Source: an uncultured Chloroflexia bacterium
GTDB lineage: Bacteria > Chloroflexota > Limnocylindria > Limnocylindrales > CSP1-4
NCBI GenBank assembly: GCA_963746845.1
Contig: CAVVCZ010000009.1
Coordinates: 32,001-96,000, forward strand
Direction of reading: 5' to 3'
DNA length: 64,000 nucleotides
This document shows positions 21,192 to 30,808 of this stretch, piece after piece (within the stretch, counting starts at the first letter, position 1; every line of letters starts with the position of its first letter). The position numbers and the translations under genes were made by a program. The notes under the pieces are model-generated. The model made no database searches. It was given only the letters and a program-made list of their open reading frames with translations, and was not told the origin of the DNA.

Positions 21192-24100
21192 ATGGTCGTC
21201 GCCTACGAGCCACCGGATCCCGACGCGCTCCTCGGCCTCGGCGAGATCGCCGCGATCGCCGGGATCACCCGCGCAACGGCGCGGGCCTGGTGCTTCTCCG
21301 GCCGGCTGCCGTCCGTCGCCGGGCCGCGGAACGAGCCGCTCGTCCGCCGGCGCGACCTCGACGGCTGGCTCGCTCGCCGCGCGCCGAGCCGCGGGCGGGC
21401 CCGCGCCCAGGTCGTCCACGATCCCATCGCGGGCCGTGACGCGCTGCGTCGCCTCGCGTCCGAGGTCAGCGGGCGGCTCGACCTCGAGACGCTGTTCGAG
21501 GACGCGGTGTCGGACGCGATCGGGATCTTCCAGGTCGCCCGGATCGGGCTGTGGCGGTACGACCGGCGACGGCGGAACCCGTTCACGCTCGGCGCCCACA
21601 TCGGGTTGTCCGACGAGGTCCTCGCGTGGGTGTCGTCGCTGCCCGGGGACTCTGCGGCCGCCGGCCTCCGGGCGATCGCGACAGGTGAGGTGGTCGTGCT
21701 CCGCGACGTGCTCGTCGACGCCGTCGGTGGCGCCCGCGAGATCTATGCCCGGAACGGAATCCGGAGCGTCTGCCTCGCGCCGATCATCTTCCGCGACGAG
21801 CCGCTCGGCCTCTTCGTCCTGTATCACGACCGCGTCCACGACTGGACGGCCGAGGAGACGACCCTCGCCCGGGGGTTCGCCGACCAGATGGCCTCGGCCG
21901 TCGGCGCCCACCGCCTGAACACCTCGGTCCAGTCCCTCGCCGCCCGTCTGGAGGCCGTCCAGGAGCTGGCGATCCGGCTCAACCGGACCCACGATCTGGA
22001 CGGGATCGCCGCCGTCCTCATCGAGGGGACCGAGCGCCTGATCGCTCACGACTCGATCCGGATCTACCGGGTCGACGAGACCACGCGGATGTGCGAGCCG
22101 ATCGCCTTCAAGGGCGCGTTCGGCGGGACGCCGGACCCGGACCTCGAGACGCTCCGGGTGGCCGTCGGCCAGGGCCTGACCGGCTGGGCGGCCGAGCGGA
22201 ACGAGACCGTCGTCGTCGGGGACGCCGCGGCGGATCCCCGGGGTCTCGTGCGCTGCGCGACGGTCGGGCCGGAGTCGATGCTCGCGGTGCCGATCAGCTT
22301 CGAGGACCACGTCCACGGCGTGATCGTCCTGTCCGTCGCCGGACGCGACGGGTTCGGGCCCGAGGACGAGACGACCCTCCAGATCTTCGCCGGCTACGCG
22401 GCCCAGGCGATGGTGAACTCGAGCCAGCTCGAGCAGCTCGGCCGGCAGCGGAGCGAGCTCGAGCACCAGCTCGCGAGCCAGCGCCGCCTGCTCGAGGTCA
22501 ACGAGCGGCTGATCTCGACCCGCGACCCGAAGGGGGTCCTCGAGATGATCGCCGACTCGCTGAAGACGATCGTGCCGTACGACACGCTCACGATCTATCG
22601 CTGCGACTTCGAGGCTGGCGTCCGGCGGGCCGTCGTGGCGCGCGACCGGTTCGCCGATGTGATCCTCGACTACGCCGGGCCGATCAGCGTCGGGATCTCC
22701 GGCTGGGTCATCGATCACGGGGAGGGCGTCCTCGCCAACGACGTCCATCTCGACGAGCGCTCGGTCCAGATCCCGGGCACCCCGTTCGAGCCGGAGTCGA
22801 TGATCGTCGTCCCGGTCCGGGTCGCCGGCGAGGTCGTGGGGTCGCTGAACGTCGGGCGGATGGGCGGCGTGGAGGCGCACTTCAACCAGAACGAGTTCGA
22901 GCTCGTTCAGCTGTTCGCCGGCCAGGCCTCGCTGGCGCTCGAGAACGCCGAGGTCCACGGCGCGGTGACGACCCGCGCCGAGCACGACGCGCTCACCGGC
23001 CTCCGCAACCACGGGTCGTTCCAGCGGGAGCTCGGCGAGGCGGTCATCCGGTCCGAGGGCGCCCCGTTCAGCCTGATCATGCTCGACCTCGACTCGTTCA
23101 AGGGGTTCAACGACACGTGCGGCCATCCGGCGGGTGATGCGTTCCTCGCCGCGGTCGGCGACGGGATGCGCGCCGAGACCCGGGGCGGCGACGGGATCTA
23201 TCGCTACGGCGGCGACGAGTTCGCGCTGATCCTGCCCGGGACGACGCGGGTCGAGGCGTTCGAGGTCGTCGAGCGGATCCGCCGGAATGTCGCCGCGGTC
23301 CCGTCACCGACCGGTCCGCGGGTCGGCATCTCGGCCGGCGTCGCCTGCTACCCCGAGGACGGGCGGACGAAGGACGAGCTCGTCGCGGCCGCGGACCAGT
23401 CCCTGTACCTCGCCAAACCGTCCTCGTCCCGGCGCGAGGAGGAGGCGGACGCCGCCCGCCGCGACCCGTACCTGTCGGCGCTCGACGAGACCGCGATCGC
23501 GCTGATGAACCGGCACGACCCGGAGGACCTGCTCGAGACGATCATCATCCGGGCTGCGTCCCTCGTCGGGACGCCGCACGGGTTCATCTATCTCCTCGAG
23601 CCGGACGGTCAGACCCTCGTCGTCCGGCACGGGATCGGGCTGTTCGCGGACTTCCTCGGCTACCGCCTGCCGATCGACACCGGACTCAGCGGCATGGTCG
23701 TGCGGGAGGGCCGGCCGGTGGCCGTCGACGACTACGACGCGTTCGTCCAACGCTCCACGGGCCTGCCACTTCGGGTGATGGGTGCCGTCGTCGGCGTCCC
23801 GCTGACGTCCGGCGGCCGGGTCGTCGGGGTCATCGGCCTCGCGTCCGGCAGCTACGAGCGGACGTTCGGCAATCGCGAGATCGGCGCCCTGAGCCGGTTC
23901 GCCCAGCTCGCTTCGATCGCCCTCGACAACGCCCACCTGTTCGAGGCCGCCCAGCGCGGCGCCCTGTACGACGCGATCACCGGCCTCCCGAACCGCGACC
24001 TGCTCACCGACCGGGTCGGCCACTCGCTCGAGTGGAACCGGGAGGGCGACCAGGACCCGATCGCGCTGATCCTCCTCGACCTCGACCGGTTCAAGGTCAT

Positions 24101-25262
24101 CAACGAGAGCCTCGGTCATGCCGTCGGCGACGCCCTGCTCGCCGCGGTCGGCGATCGCCTCCTGGGCTGCCTCCGCCCCGGCGACACGGTCGCCCGATTC
24201 GGTGGGGACGAGTTCGGGGTCATCCTCGACGGGATCGGCGGGATCGAGGAGGCCCGGCGGCTCGCCGACCGGATCCTTGCGGAGCTCAGCGCCCCGTTCG
24301 TCCTCGCGGAACGCGACTGGTTCGTCAACGCGTCCCTCGGGATCGCGATGGCCTGGCCGGGTCATGCCACGCCCGCCGACGTCTTCCGCGAGGCCGAGGT
24401 GGCCCTCGTCCGGGCGAAGGCGACATCGGGCTCGCGATACGTCCTGTACGAGCCGAACATGAGCGGCGAGACGCTCGCCCGCGTCGAGTTCGAGAACGAC
24501 CTCCGACGGGCGGTCGAGCGGGGCGAGCTGCGGCTCCACTACCAGCCGCTGGTCGACCTCGCGACCGAGCGGATCGTCGGCCTGGAGGCCCTCGTCCGCT
24601 GGGACCACCCGACCCGTGGGCTCGTCCCGCCGCTGTCGTTCATCCCGGTCGCGGAGGAGACCGGCCTGATCCTCCCGATCGGGCGCTGGGTGATCGAGAC
24701 GGCCTGTCGACAGGCCCGGACGTGGCTCGACGAGCTGCCCGACTCACCGCTCGTGATGAGCGTCAACCTCTCGGTCCGCCAGGTCGCCCAGCCCTCGCTG
24801 GTCGACGACATCCGCGACATCCTCGCGGCGACCGGACTGCCCGCGGACCGGCTCGAGCTCGAGATCACCGAGTCCGTCCTGCTCGACGAGGGCGAGGAGA
24901 GCGGGAACACGCTCCGGGCGATCCGGGCCCTCGGCGTCCGGCTCGTCCTCGACGACTTCGGGACCGGCTACTCGTCGCTGTCGTACCTCCGCCGCCTCCC
25001 GCTCGACACGATCAAGATCGACCGCTCGTTCGTCGACGGGATCGACGCCGACGGCTCGAACCTCCCGATCGTGCAGGCCGTGATCGCGCTGGCACACGGC
25101 CTCGGGATCGAGGTCGTGGCGGAGGGGATCGAGACGGCGGCTCAGTCCGAGCGGCTGCGCGCGCTCGTCTGCGACCGCGGCCAGGGCTACTTCTACGCCC
25201 GGCCCCAGCCGCCCGAGACCCTCGCGGCCCTCCTAGCCCGGGGGATCGCCCCGGCCACCTGA
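21192..25262 (+). CDS. Multidomain diguanylate cyclase/phosphodiesterase: HTH-GAF-GAF-GAF-GGDEF-GAF-GGDEF-EAL
   Basis: N-terminal MerR/excisionase-like HTH, two intact motifs (YRYGGDEF, ARFGGDEF), and EAL with DDFGTGYSSL, KIDRSF and EGIE. Confidence 0.92.
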   Translation: MVVAYEPPDPDALLGLGEIAAIAGITRATARAWCFSGRLPSVAGPRNEPLVRRRDLDGWLARRAPSRGRARAQVVHDPIAGRDALRRLASEVSGRLDLETLFEDAVSDAIGIFQVARIGLWRYDRRRRNPFTLGAHIGLSDEVLAWVSSLPGDSAAAGLRAIATGEVVVLRDVLVDAVGGAREIYARNGIRSVCLAPIIFRDEPLGLFVLYHDRVHDWTAEETTLARGFADQMASAVGAHRLNTSVQSLAARLEAVQELAIRLNRTHDLDGIAAVLIEGTERLIAHDSIRIYRVDETTRMCEPIAFKGAFGGTPDPDLETLRVAVGQGLTGWAAERNETVVVGDAAADPRGLVRCATVGPESMLAVPISFEDHVHGVIVLSVAGRDGFGPEDETTLQIFAGYAAQAMVNSSQLEQLGRQRSELEHQLASQRRLLEVNERLISTRDPKGVLEMIADSLKTIVPYDTLTIYRCDFEAGVRRAVVARDRFADVILDYAGPISVGISGWVIDHGEGVLANDVHLDERSVQIPGTPFEPESMIVVPVRVAGEVVGSLNVGRMGGVEAHFNQNEFELVQLFAGQASLALENAEVHGAVTTRAEHDALTGLRNHGSFQRELGEAVIRSEGAPFSLIMLDLDSFKGFNDTCGHPAGDAFLAAVGDGMRAETRGGDGIYRYGGDEFALILPGTTRVEAFEVVERIRRNVAAVPSPTGPRVGISAGVACYPEDGRTKDELVAAADQSLYLAKPSSSRREEEADAARRDPYLSALDETAIALMNRHDPEDLLETIIIRAASLVGTPHGFIYLLEPDGQTLVVRHGIGLFADFLGYRLPIDTGLSGMVVREGRPVAVDDYDAFVQRSTGLPLRVMGAVVGVPLTSGGRVVGVIGLASGSYERTFGNREIGALSRFAQLASIALDNAHLFEAAQRGALYDAITGLPNRDLLTDRVGHSLEWNREGDQDPIALILLDLDRFKVINESLGHAVGDALLAAVGDRLLGCLRPGDTVARFGGDEFGVILDGIGGIEEARRLADRILAELSAPFVLAERDWFVNASLGIAMAWPGHATPADVFREAEVALVRAKATSGSRYVLYEPNMSGETLARVEFENDLRRAVERGELRLHYQPLVDLATERIVGLEALVRWDHPTRGLVPPLSFIPVAEETGLILPIGRWVIETACRQARTWLDELPDSPLVMSVNLSVRQVAQPSLVDDIRDILAATGLPADRLELEITESVLLDEGEESGNTLRAIRALGVRLVLDDFGTGYSSLSYLRRLPLDTIKIDRSFVDGIDADGSNLPIVQAVIALAHGLGIEVVAEGIETAAQSERLRALVCDRGQGYFYARPQPPETLAALLARGIAPAT

Positions 25263-25272
25263 CCTCGTCGGT

Positions 25273-25974
25273 TCAGCGGCGCCCGCCCATCAGGCGGAGC
25301 ATGAACAGGAAGAGGTTGATGAAGTCGAGGTACAGCGCCAGGGCACCGATCACGGCCGCCTTCTCGGCGGAGCCGATCTTCGCGGCGAACGTCCCGTTCT
25401 GGATGCGCTGGACGTCGAACGCGGTCATGACCGTGAACAGCACGACCCCCGCGATCGACACGAGCCACGTCATCTGCGTGCTGTGGAGGAACAGGTTCAG
25501 GACCATCGCGACGAGCAGCCCGATCAGGCCCATGAACAGGATCGGCCCGAGGCTCGCGAGCGAGCGCTTCGTCGTCACGCCGTAGATCGCCGCGGCACCG
25601 AACATCGCGGACGCGCTCAGGAACGCCGTCGTGACCGAACCCGTCGTGTAGTACTGGACGATCAGGCCGACCGTCAGCCCGAGGGTGGCCGCGTAGACGA
25701 AGAAGAGGGCGAGCGCCGCCGTGGCCGACAGGCGCTGGATCGCCCCGCTGATCACGATGACGAGCCCGATCTGGCCGATGAACAGCAGGAAGTAGTTGCG
25801 CGCGGCGAAGGTCGTCAGCGTCGGCGATGACTGGACCGCGATCGCGACCCCGGCGGTGAGCAGCGTGCCGGCGAACATCCACGCGAAGGCATGGGTCAGG
25901 AACTGCTGGGCGAGGGCGGGAGCCGGCCGGACGCCGAGCTGCTCGGGGGTCGCCCCGAGCCCGTTGTTCATCAT
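25273..25974 (-). CDS. Bax inhibitor-1/YccA family membrane protein
   Basis: Seven hydrophobic helices, TAFDVQRI, and C-terminal GALALYLDFINLFLFMLR. Confidence 0.92.
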   Translation of the reverse strand: MMNNGLGATPEQLGVRPAPALAQQFLTHAFAWMFAGTLLTAGVAIAVQSSPTLTTFAARNYFLLFIGQIGLVIVISGAIQRLSATAALALFFVYAATLGLTVGLIVQYYTTGSVTTAFLSASAMFGAAAIYGVTTKRSLASLGPILFMGLIGLLVAMVLNLFLHSTQMTWLVSIAGVVLFTVMTAFDVQRIQNGTFAAKIGSAEKAAVIGALALYLDFINLFLFMLRLMGGRR

Positions 25975-26630
25975 CGATCACTCCTCGTGCTGGCGGCACG
26001 CCGCCGGTCGGGTCGGGATGGTGGCGCCGGTCGCGCCTCCGCCTGCTCGGCTGCCCTCGCGAGCACCCACAGCAGGTCGGCGAGACGGTTCAGGTACGGT
26101 AGCAAATGGGGTCCCGGAATCAATCCCTCGGCCCCGAGCGTCACCGCTCGTCGCTCCGCGCGCCGGACGATCGTCCGGGCCAGCTCGAGGGCCGCGCTCG
26201 TCGGGGTCTCGCCCGGGACGACGAACTCGGTCGGCATCGTGATGTGGGCCTCGGCCTCGTGGAGCATCGTCTCGAGCCCGGCGACCATCGCCGCGTCGAC
26301 GCGCGAGACGCCGTCCTCCTGCCGATCCCAGGCGTCCTCGCGGGTCGCGAGCTCCGCCGCCGCGACGAACAGCTCGCGCTGGAGCCGGAGGAGGATCGCC
26401 GGCAGGTCGCCGAAGCCGACGTTCAACGTCCCGATCCGGACCTTCACCCCGAGCTGGGCGCGCGCGAGCCCGATCGCGGCGACGGCCTCATCGATCGTGC
26501 CGTAGGTCTCGGTCCGGAGATCGTCCTTGCGGACCCGCGGCCCACCGAACAGGAGGCCGGTCGTGCCGTCGTCGCCGCGGCGCGTCGCGACGACGGAGTC
26601 GAAGGCCCGATCGGGGGTGGAGTCGGTCAC
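25971..26630 (-). CDS. pduO: PduO-type ATP:cob(I)alamin adenosyltransferase
   Basis: TRRGDDGTTGL...VRKDDLRTETYGTIDE, FVVPG, RTIVRRAER and YLNRLADLL. Confidence 0.9.
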   Translation of the reverse strand: MTDSTPDRAFDSVVATRRGDDGTTGLLFGGPRVRKDDLRTETYGTIDEAVAAIGLARAQLGVKVRIGTLNVGFGDLPAILLRLQRELFVAAAELATREDAWDRQEDGVSRVDAAMVAGLETMLHEAEAHITMPTEFVVPGETPTSAALELARTIVRRAERRAVTLGAEGLIPGPHLLPYLNRLADLLWVLARAAEQAEARPAPPSRPDRRRAASTRSDR

Positions 26631-26658
26631 CGAGGGGTCGGCCGGAGGATCGGCCGGA

Positions 26659-27039
26659 TCACCACATCAGGCCGGCGTCGCGCGGATCCCAGCGCTCGGC
26701 CAGCAGGGTCACCTTGACGTCGTGCTCCACGACCGACTCGGCCTGATCCTTGACCTGCTGGATCATCGATCCGGCATACGGGCAGAACGGGGTCGTCAGG
26801 ATCATCTTGATCTCGGTCGTATCGCTGCCGAGGATGATCTGCTTGATCAGCGCAAGCTCGACGACGTTCATCCCGATCTCGGGGTCGACGACGGCGCGCA
26901 GGGCGTCGAGGATCGCGAGCTCGGTGGCCCGGCGCGCGGGGTCGAACGCCGGCGCCTCGGGGACCGCCGAGGCGTCACCGGGCGCGGGGCTGGTGGACGC
27001 GGCCGGAGCCGCCGTGGGGTCGGTCGTCGTGTCGGTCAT
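26659..27039 (-). CDS. DUF59/SufT-type metal-sulfur cluster assembly factor
   Basis: LRAVVDPEIGMNVVELALI...LTTPFCP motif. Confidence 0.9.
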   Translation of the reverse strand: MTDTTTDPTAAPAASTSPAPGDASAVPEAPAFDPARRATELAILDALRAVVDPEIGMNVVELALIKQIILGSDTTEIKMILTTPFCPYAGSMIQQVKDQAESVVEHDVKVTLLAERWDPRDAGLMW

Positions 27040-27119
27040 CGGGTCGATCGTATCACCGGGTCCCGAAACCGCCGCCCGCGACCGGATCCGGGCAATGCGC
27101 TCGAACAGGCGATCCGCGC

Positions 27120-27458
27120 TCAGGCGGCGTCGTCCGCCGGCACGACGGGCTTGATCACCACGCCGGGCAGGCGGAACTGGCCCGGCAGCCCGAGCGCCTC
27201 CTCCTCCGTGTAGCCGGGTCCCGCGAGCGAGCCGTCGCCCTCGAAGAAGTCGGCGTAGCGATCGCGGTGATCCGCGGCGTACGTGTACGCGGCGGCGATC
27301 CCCACGCGCTTCAGCTCCGGGTGGTCCTTGGTCAGCCGCGCGAGGTCGTAGCCGTTGCTCCGCAGCTCGAGGAGCTGGCGAACGGTCAGACGCGACCCGT
27401 AGCAGAACGGCTCGCCGTTCATGACGAGCGGGTCGACCTGGACCCACTTGATCGTCAT
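27120..27458 (-). CDS. DUF433 domain protein
   Basis: VDPLVMNGEPFCYGSRLTV...DHPEL...IAAAYTYA. Confidence 0.8.
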   Translation of the reverse strand: MTIKWVQVDPLVMNGEPFCYGSRLTVRQLLELRSNGYDLARLTKDHPELKRVGIAAAYTYAADHRDRYADFFEGDGSLAGPGYTEEEALGLPGQFRLPGVVIKPVVPADDAA

Positions 27459-27489
27459 CGGCGCGACCGGGCGCCGGCCCTGCCCATCG

Positions 27490-27972
27490 TCAGGCGCCCT
27501 TGTAGATCGCCGCGAGGAGCCGGTTGCGCTTGCGCGCGTCGCCCGCGATCCGGCGGTGCCACGCGAACCGCTCGACCATCGCCTCGACGGCAGCGTCGAC
27601 CGGAGCCATCTCCTCGACGGGCAGGACGGCGGCGACCGCCTCGCGGAGGCTCCGGGTGAGGTTGATCAGGTCGTCCATCGGGACCTTCCGGCGGCGATAC
27701 GCGGGCGGGACGCCGTCCGCGTACACCCGGGCCGGCACGGGATCGCCGGTCGCGACCACGTCGATGATCCGGTCGAGCAGCGCACCCGCGTCGCGGAGCA
27801 GCTGGCGCATCCGGAGCTCGTCGTACCGGTCGCGCAGGCTCGGGTCGCGGTCGATCGCGATCTCCAGGCCGCGGGCCGCGATCCGGTCGCGCTGGGCGTG
27901 GACGCGCGCGGCCGATGGAGGCAGGTCGCCGATACGGTCGACCGGGGGCAGGCCGAGGGACGGGTGGCTCAC
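27490..27972 (-). CDS. Hypothetical all-helical protein with phycobiliprotein/globin-like pattern
   Basis: LLRDAGALLDRIIDVVATGDPVP...GVPPAYRRRKVPMDDL resembles the allophycocyanin core (xLRD...GD..P...GV...Y...P). TAGACT lies 7 nt before GTG. Confidence 0.7.
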   Translation of the reverse strand: MSHPSLGLPPVDRIGDLPPSAARVHAQRDRIAARGLEIAIDRDPSLRDRYDELRMRQLLRDAGALLDRIIDVVATGDPVPARVYADGVPPAYRRRKVPMDDLINLTRSLREAVAAVLPVEEMAPVDAAVEAMVERFAWHRRIAGDARKRNRLLAAIYKGA

Positions 27973-28040
27973 GCGGGGCAGTCTAGCGTGCCCGGCGGCA
28001 GCCGGTCCGGACCGTCGGCCGGCCCGGATACGATGAGCCG

Positions 28041-28466
28041 GTGACGACGAACGAGCCGGGCGATCGCCGGCCCCAGCTCGACCGGCCGCCCGGCGACCGG
28101 TATCGGGCCGAGGTGCCCGGCGGCGCCGCGACAGCCTCGATCGTCCCGTGGGCCCCGATCGCGGTCATCATCGTCGGGGCGATCCTGTACACGGTCCTCG
28201 GCGCGATCTTCACGGTGACCGCCGGCCTGATCGTGCTCGCGCTCTTCCTCGGCTGGATCTGCGGACGGCTCGTCTCGCCCCCGGTCCGGGCGGCGGTCGT
28301 GGCCGTGGTCACGGTCGTCGCGGGGCTGCTCGGGATCTGGCTGTTCGGCCGGCTCGAGGGCGGCGTCCTGGATCCGCTCGCCTATCTCGACGCGGTCCAG
28401 GGCTGGCCGCTCGTCGCCGCCCAGCTGGTCGCCGGCGCCGGGATGGCCGCGGCGGCGTCGCGTTGA
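28041..28466 (+). CDS. Hypothetical membrane protein (about 4 TM)
   Basis: Hydrophobic helices. TACGAT 6 nt upstream of GTG. Stop overlaps the next start. Confidence 0.75.
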   Translation: MTTNEPGDRRPQLDRPPGDRYRAEVPGGAATASIVPWAPIAVIIVGAILYTVLGAIFTVTAGLIVLALFLGWICGRLVSPPVRAAVVAVVTVVAGLLGIWLFGRLEGGVLDPLAYLDAVQGWPLVAAQLVAGAGMAAAASR

Positions 28467-28990
28467 CGACGACCGAGCCGGCGCTCCGCCACCCGACGGA
28501 GGATGACCAGCCCCGGGTCGCCGCCGTGATCGATCACTGGTTCGCCGGCCGACGGGTCTGGCCGCTCGCGGATCGGAGCTGGTTCCGACACTTCCCGGCG
28601 ACGTCCTTCGTGCTGGACGGCGAGGACGGCGCGGACGGCGCCCCGATCGGCTTCCTGCTCGGGTTCGTGAGCCCGGGACGGCCCGGTGAGGCCGTGCTCC
28701 ATCTCATCGCCGTCGATCCGAACCATCGCCGGGCAGGCGTTGGCCGGCGGCTCGTCGACGCCTTCGTCGCCACGGCGGCCGATTCCGGCGCGCGGTCCGT
28801 CCGGGCCGTCGCCTGGCCGGACGATCGCGGCGCGATCGACTTCTTCCGGGCGATCGGCTTCCGGACGATCGACGGGCCGGGGAGCCAGAACCTGTACGGC
28901 GTCCCCGCCTGGCCCGACTACGAGATGCCGGGCGAGGACCGCGCGATCCTCGAGCGGCCACTCCCGACCGGAGGCGGACCGGAGGGCTGA
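28463..28990 (+). CDS. GNAT family N-acetyltransferase
   Basis: HLIAVDPNHRRAGVGRRL acetyl-CoA motif and AIDFFRAIGF. Confidence 0.88.
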   Translation: MTTTEPALRHPTEDDQPRVAAVIDHWFAGRRVWPLADRSWFRHFPATSFVLDGEDGADGAPIGFLLGFVSPGRPGEAVLHLIAVDPNHRRAGVGRRLVDAFVATAADSGARSVRAVAWPDDRGAIDFFRAIGFRTIDGPGSQNLYGVPAWPDYEMPGEDRAILERPLPTGGGPEG

Positions 28991-29070
28991 CCCAGGCGCA
29001 CCTTTCGTACCATGGCGCGGGTCCGACGCGCCCCGTCACCATCGGCTCTCGGCCACTCGAGGGAGCCTGC

Positions 29071-29514
29071 ATGCGCGGTTGGATCATCCGGATCGGGATC
29101 ATCGTCGCGATCGCCGGGGGAGCGTTCGTCCTGCGCGATCGACTGACGAGCAACGCGGGCGAGCTGCAGGTCGGTGACTGCTTCGACGATCCGGCCCAGG
29201 CGTCGGAGATCACGGACGTCCAGCACCATCCGTGCACCGAGGCGCACAACGCCGAGGTCGTCTTCCTCGGCAAGCTGACCGGCGACGACGCGACCTATCC
29301 GACCGACAGCGTCATCGAGTCGTGGGCCCGCACGAACTGCCTCCCGGCGTGGGAGTCGTACACGGGCAAGACCTTCGAGACGGAGCCGATCCTGACGCTC
29401 AGCTTCTACCAGCCGACGCCGGCCGGGTGGAAGAAGGGCGATCGCGACGTGATCTGCTATGCGACCCGCGAGGACAGCGCCCCGCTGACGAGCACCGTCA
29501 AGAAGGCGCCGTAG
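29071..29514 (+). CDS. Septum_form-domain exported protein
   Basis: N-terminal TM, LQVGDCF, PCTEAHNAEV and PTPAGWKKGDRDVICY. Confidence 0.82.
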   Translation: MRGWIIRIGIIVAIAGGAFVLRDRLTSNAGELQVGDCFDDPAQASEITDVQHHPCTEAHNAEVVFLGKLTGDDATYPTDSVIESWARTNCLPAWESYTGKTFETEPILTLSFYQPTPAGWKKGDRDVICYATREDSAPLTSTVKKAP

Positions 29515-30808
29515 ACGGGCCCGGGGCCGCCGGCTCCAGACCGGCTGCGATCGTCGCTGGGCTGAGCTGCTCACGGAGTAACCGGCCGAACCGGGCCGGC
29601 CGCCGGTCTTCCGGCACCGCCGCCAGCCAATCGCCAAGCAACGCCTCGCCCTCGTGGTACACGAACACGTATGTCCGCCACATCGGATGCTCGATGAACT
29701 CGAGGCGCTTGGCCGCGACGTCGGGCGCGTATCGCCCGACTCGCTCGAGCCAGGCGAGGACCGCCTCGTGGGACCAGCCGTCGGCATGACGAAGCAAGGC
29801 CGCATTGACGCGTGACTCCGTGAGGCGGCGGCGGTGCGGGGCCAGCGCGACCGTTCGCTCGGCGGCCTCGCGGACGGCGATCGGGTCGGACGCGATCGGC
29901 AGGCCGGCCCGGGCGTAGATCTCGACAAGCAGGTCCGGCTCGGTCGCGGCGGGCGAGATCACGAGATGGCCGAGATCGGCCAGTCCCTCGCTGACCAGGC
30001 ACTCGGGGGTGTTGATCAGCAGGACGCTCGCCTCGAGCCGCTGCCGCCGCTCGACGAGCTCGATCTCCTTCCACGCATGCTCGAGATGGTGGCCCGGGTA
30101 CGCCTCGTGGGCGACGAGGTGGATCAGATCCGCGGCCTTCGGCGGCAGGTCCGTGTTCAGATCGAACCGCGAGCGGCGGCCGCCGTCGTACCAGTTGTAG
30201 GCGGTCCACGGCTGATCCCGGACGTACCGGATCCGGATCGCCTCGTCGGCGGGGACGCCGACGAGCGTCGCGGCGCGAGACCGGAGCTCGTCGACAAGCC
30301 AGTCGAGCACCGACGGCAGCCGGTCCTGGGCCACCACGAACCGGTCATCCCATGCGGCAAGGCGCTCCGCGACGGGCTCCGGACCCGGCAGCAACCGATC
30401 GATCTCCGCAGCGGCCGCATCGAACAGCGCCTCGTCGCGTCGGACCGGCACCCAGTCGAAGCAGCGCGTCGCCAGCTCGAGATACGGGATCGAGGTGCCC
30501 GTGAGGACCTCGGCCTGCGTCTGGAGCGCCGTCGCCTGGACCGCCAGCCACGATCGACGAGCCGGCTCGGCGACCTCGTCCGGGATCCGCTCGAGGAGCG
30601 TCGTCGCGTCGTCGACGAGGTCGGCCGGCGAGCGGAGCTGCTCGATGTCGACCGTCGCCTTCAGGTCGGCCGGACCGTAGTAGCCGTCGACGACGCCCGG
30701 CGCATGCTGATCGAGACGGAGCGCGAGGAGGAGATAGTCGCGCGCGATGGGGTCCGGGACCGGGACACGCCGCTGACCCCCGACGGCGAGCGTCGTCTCG
30801 TCCGTCAC
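29498..30808 (-). CDS. DUF885-like zinc metalloprotein
   Basis: VDGYYGP, AYNWYDG, VAHEAYPGHHLEH, SEGLA and YVFVYHEG. Confidence 0.78.
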   Translation of the reverse strand: MTDETTLAVGGQRRVPVPDPIARDYLLLALRLDQHAPGVVDGYYGPADLKATVDIEQLRSPADLVDDATTLLERIPDEVAEPARRSWLAVQATALQTQAEVLTGTSIPYLELATRCFDWVPVRRDEALFDAAAAEIDRLLPGPEPVAERLAAWDDRFVVAQDRLPSVLDWLVDELRSRAATLVGVPADEAIRIRYVRDQPWTAYNWYDGGRRSRFDLNTDLPPKAADLIHLVAHEAYPGHHLEHAWKEIELVERRQRLEASVLLINTPECLVSEGLADLGHLVISPAATEPDLLVEIYARAGLPIASDPIAVREAAERTVALAPHRRRLTESRVNAALLRHADGWSHEAVLAWLERVGRYAPDVAAKRLEFIEHPMWRTYVFVYHEGEALLGDWLAAVPEDRRPARFGRLLREQLSPATIAAGLEPAAPGPSTAPS

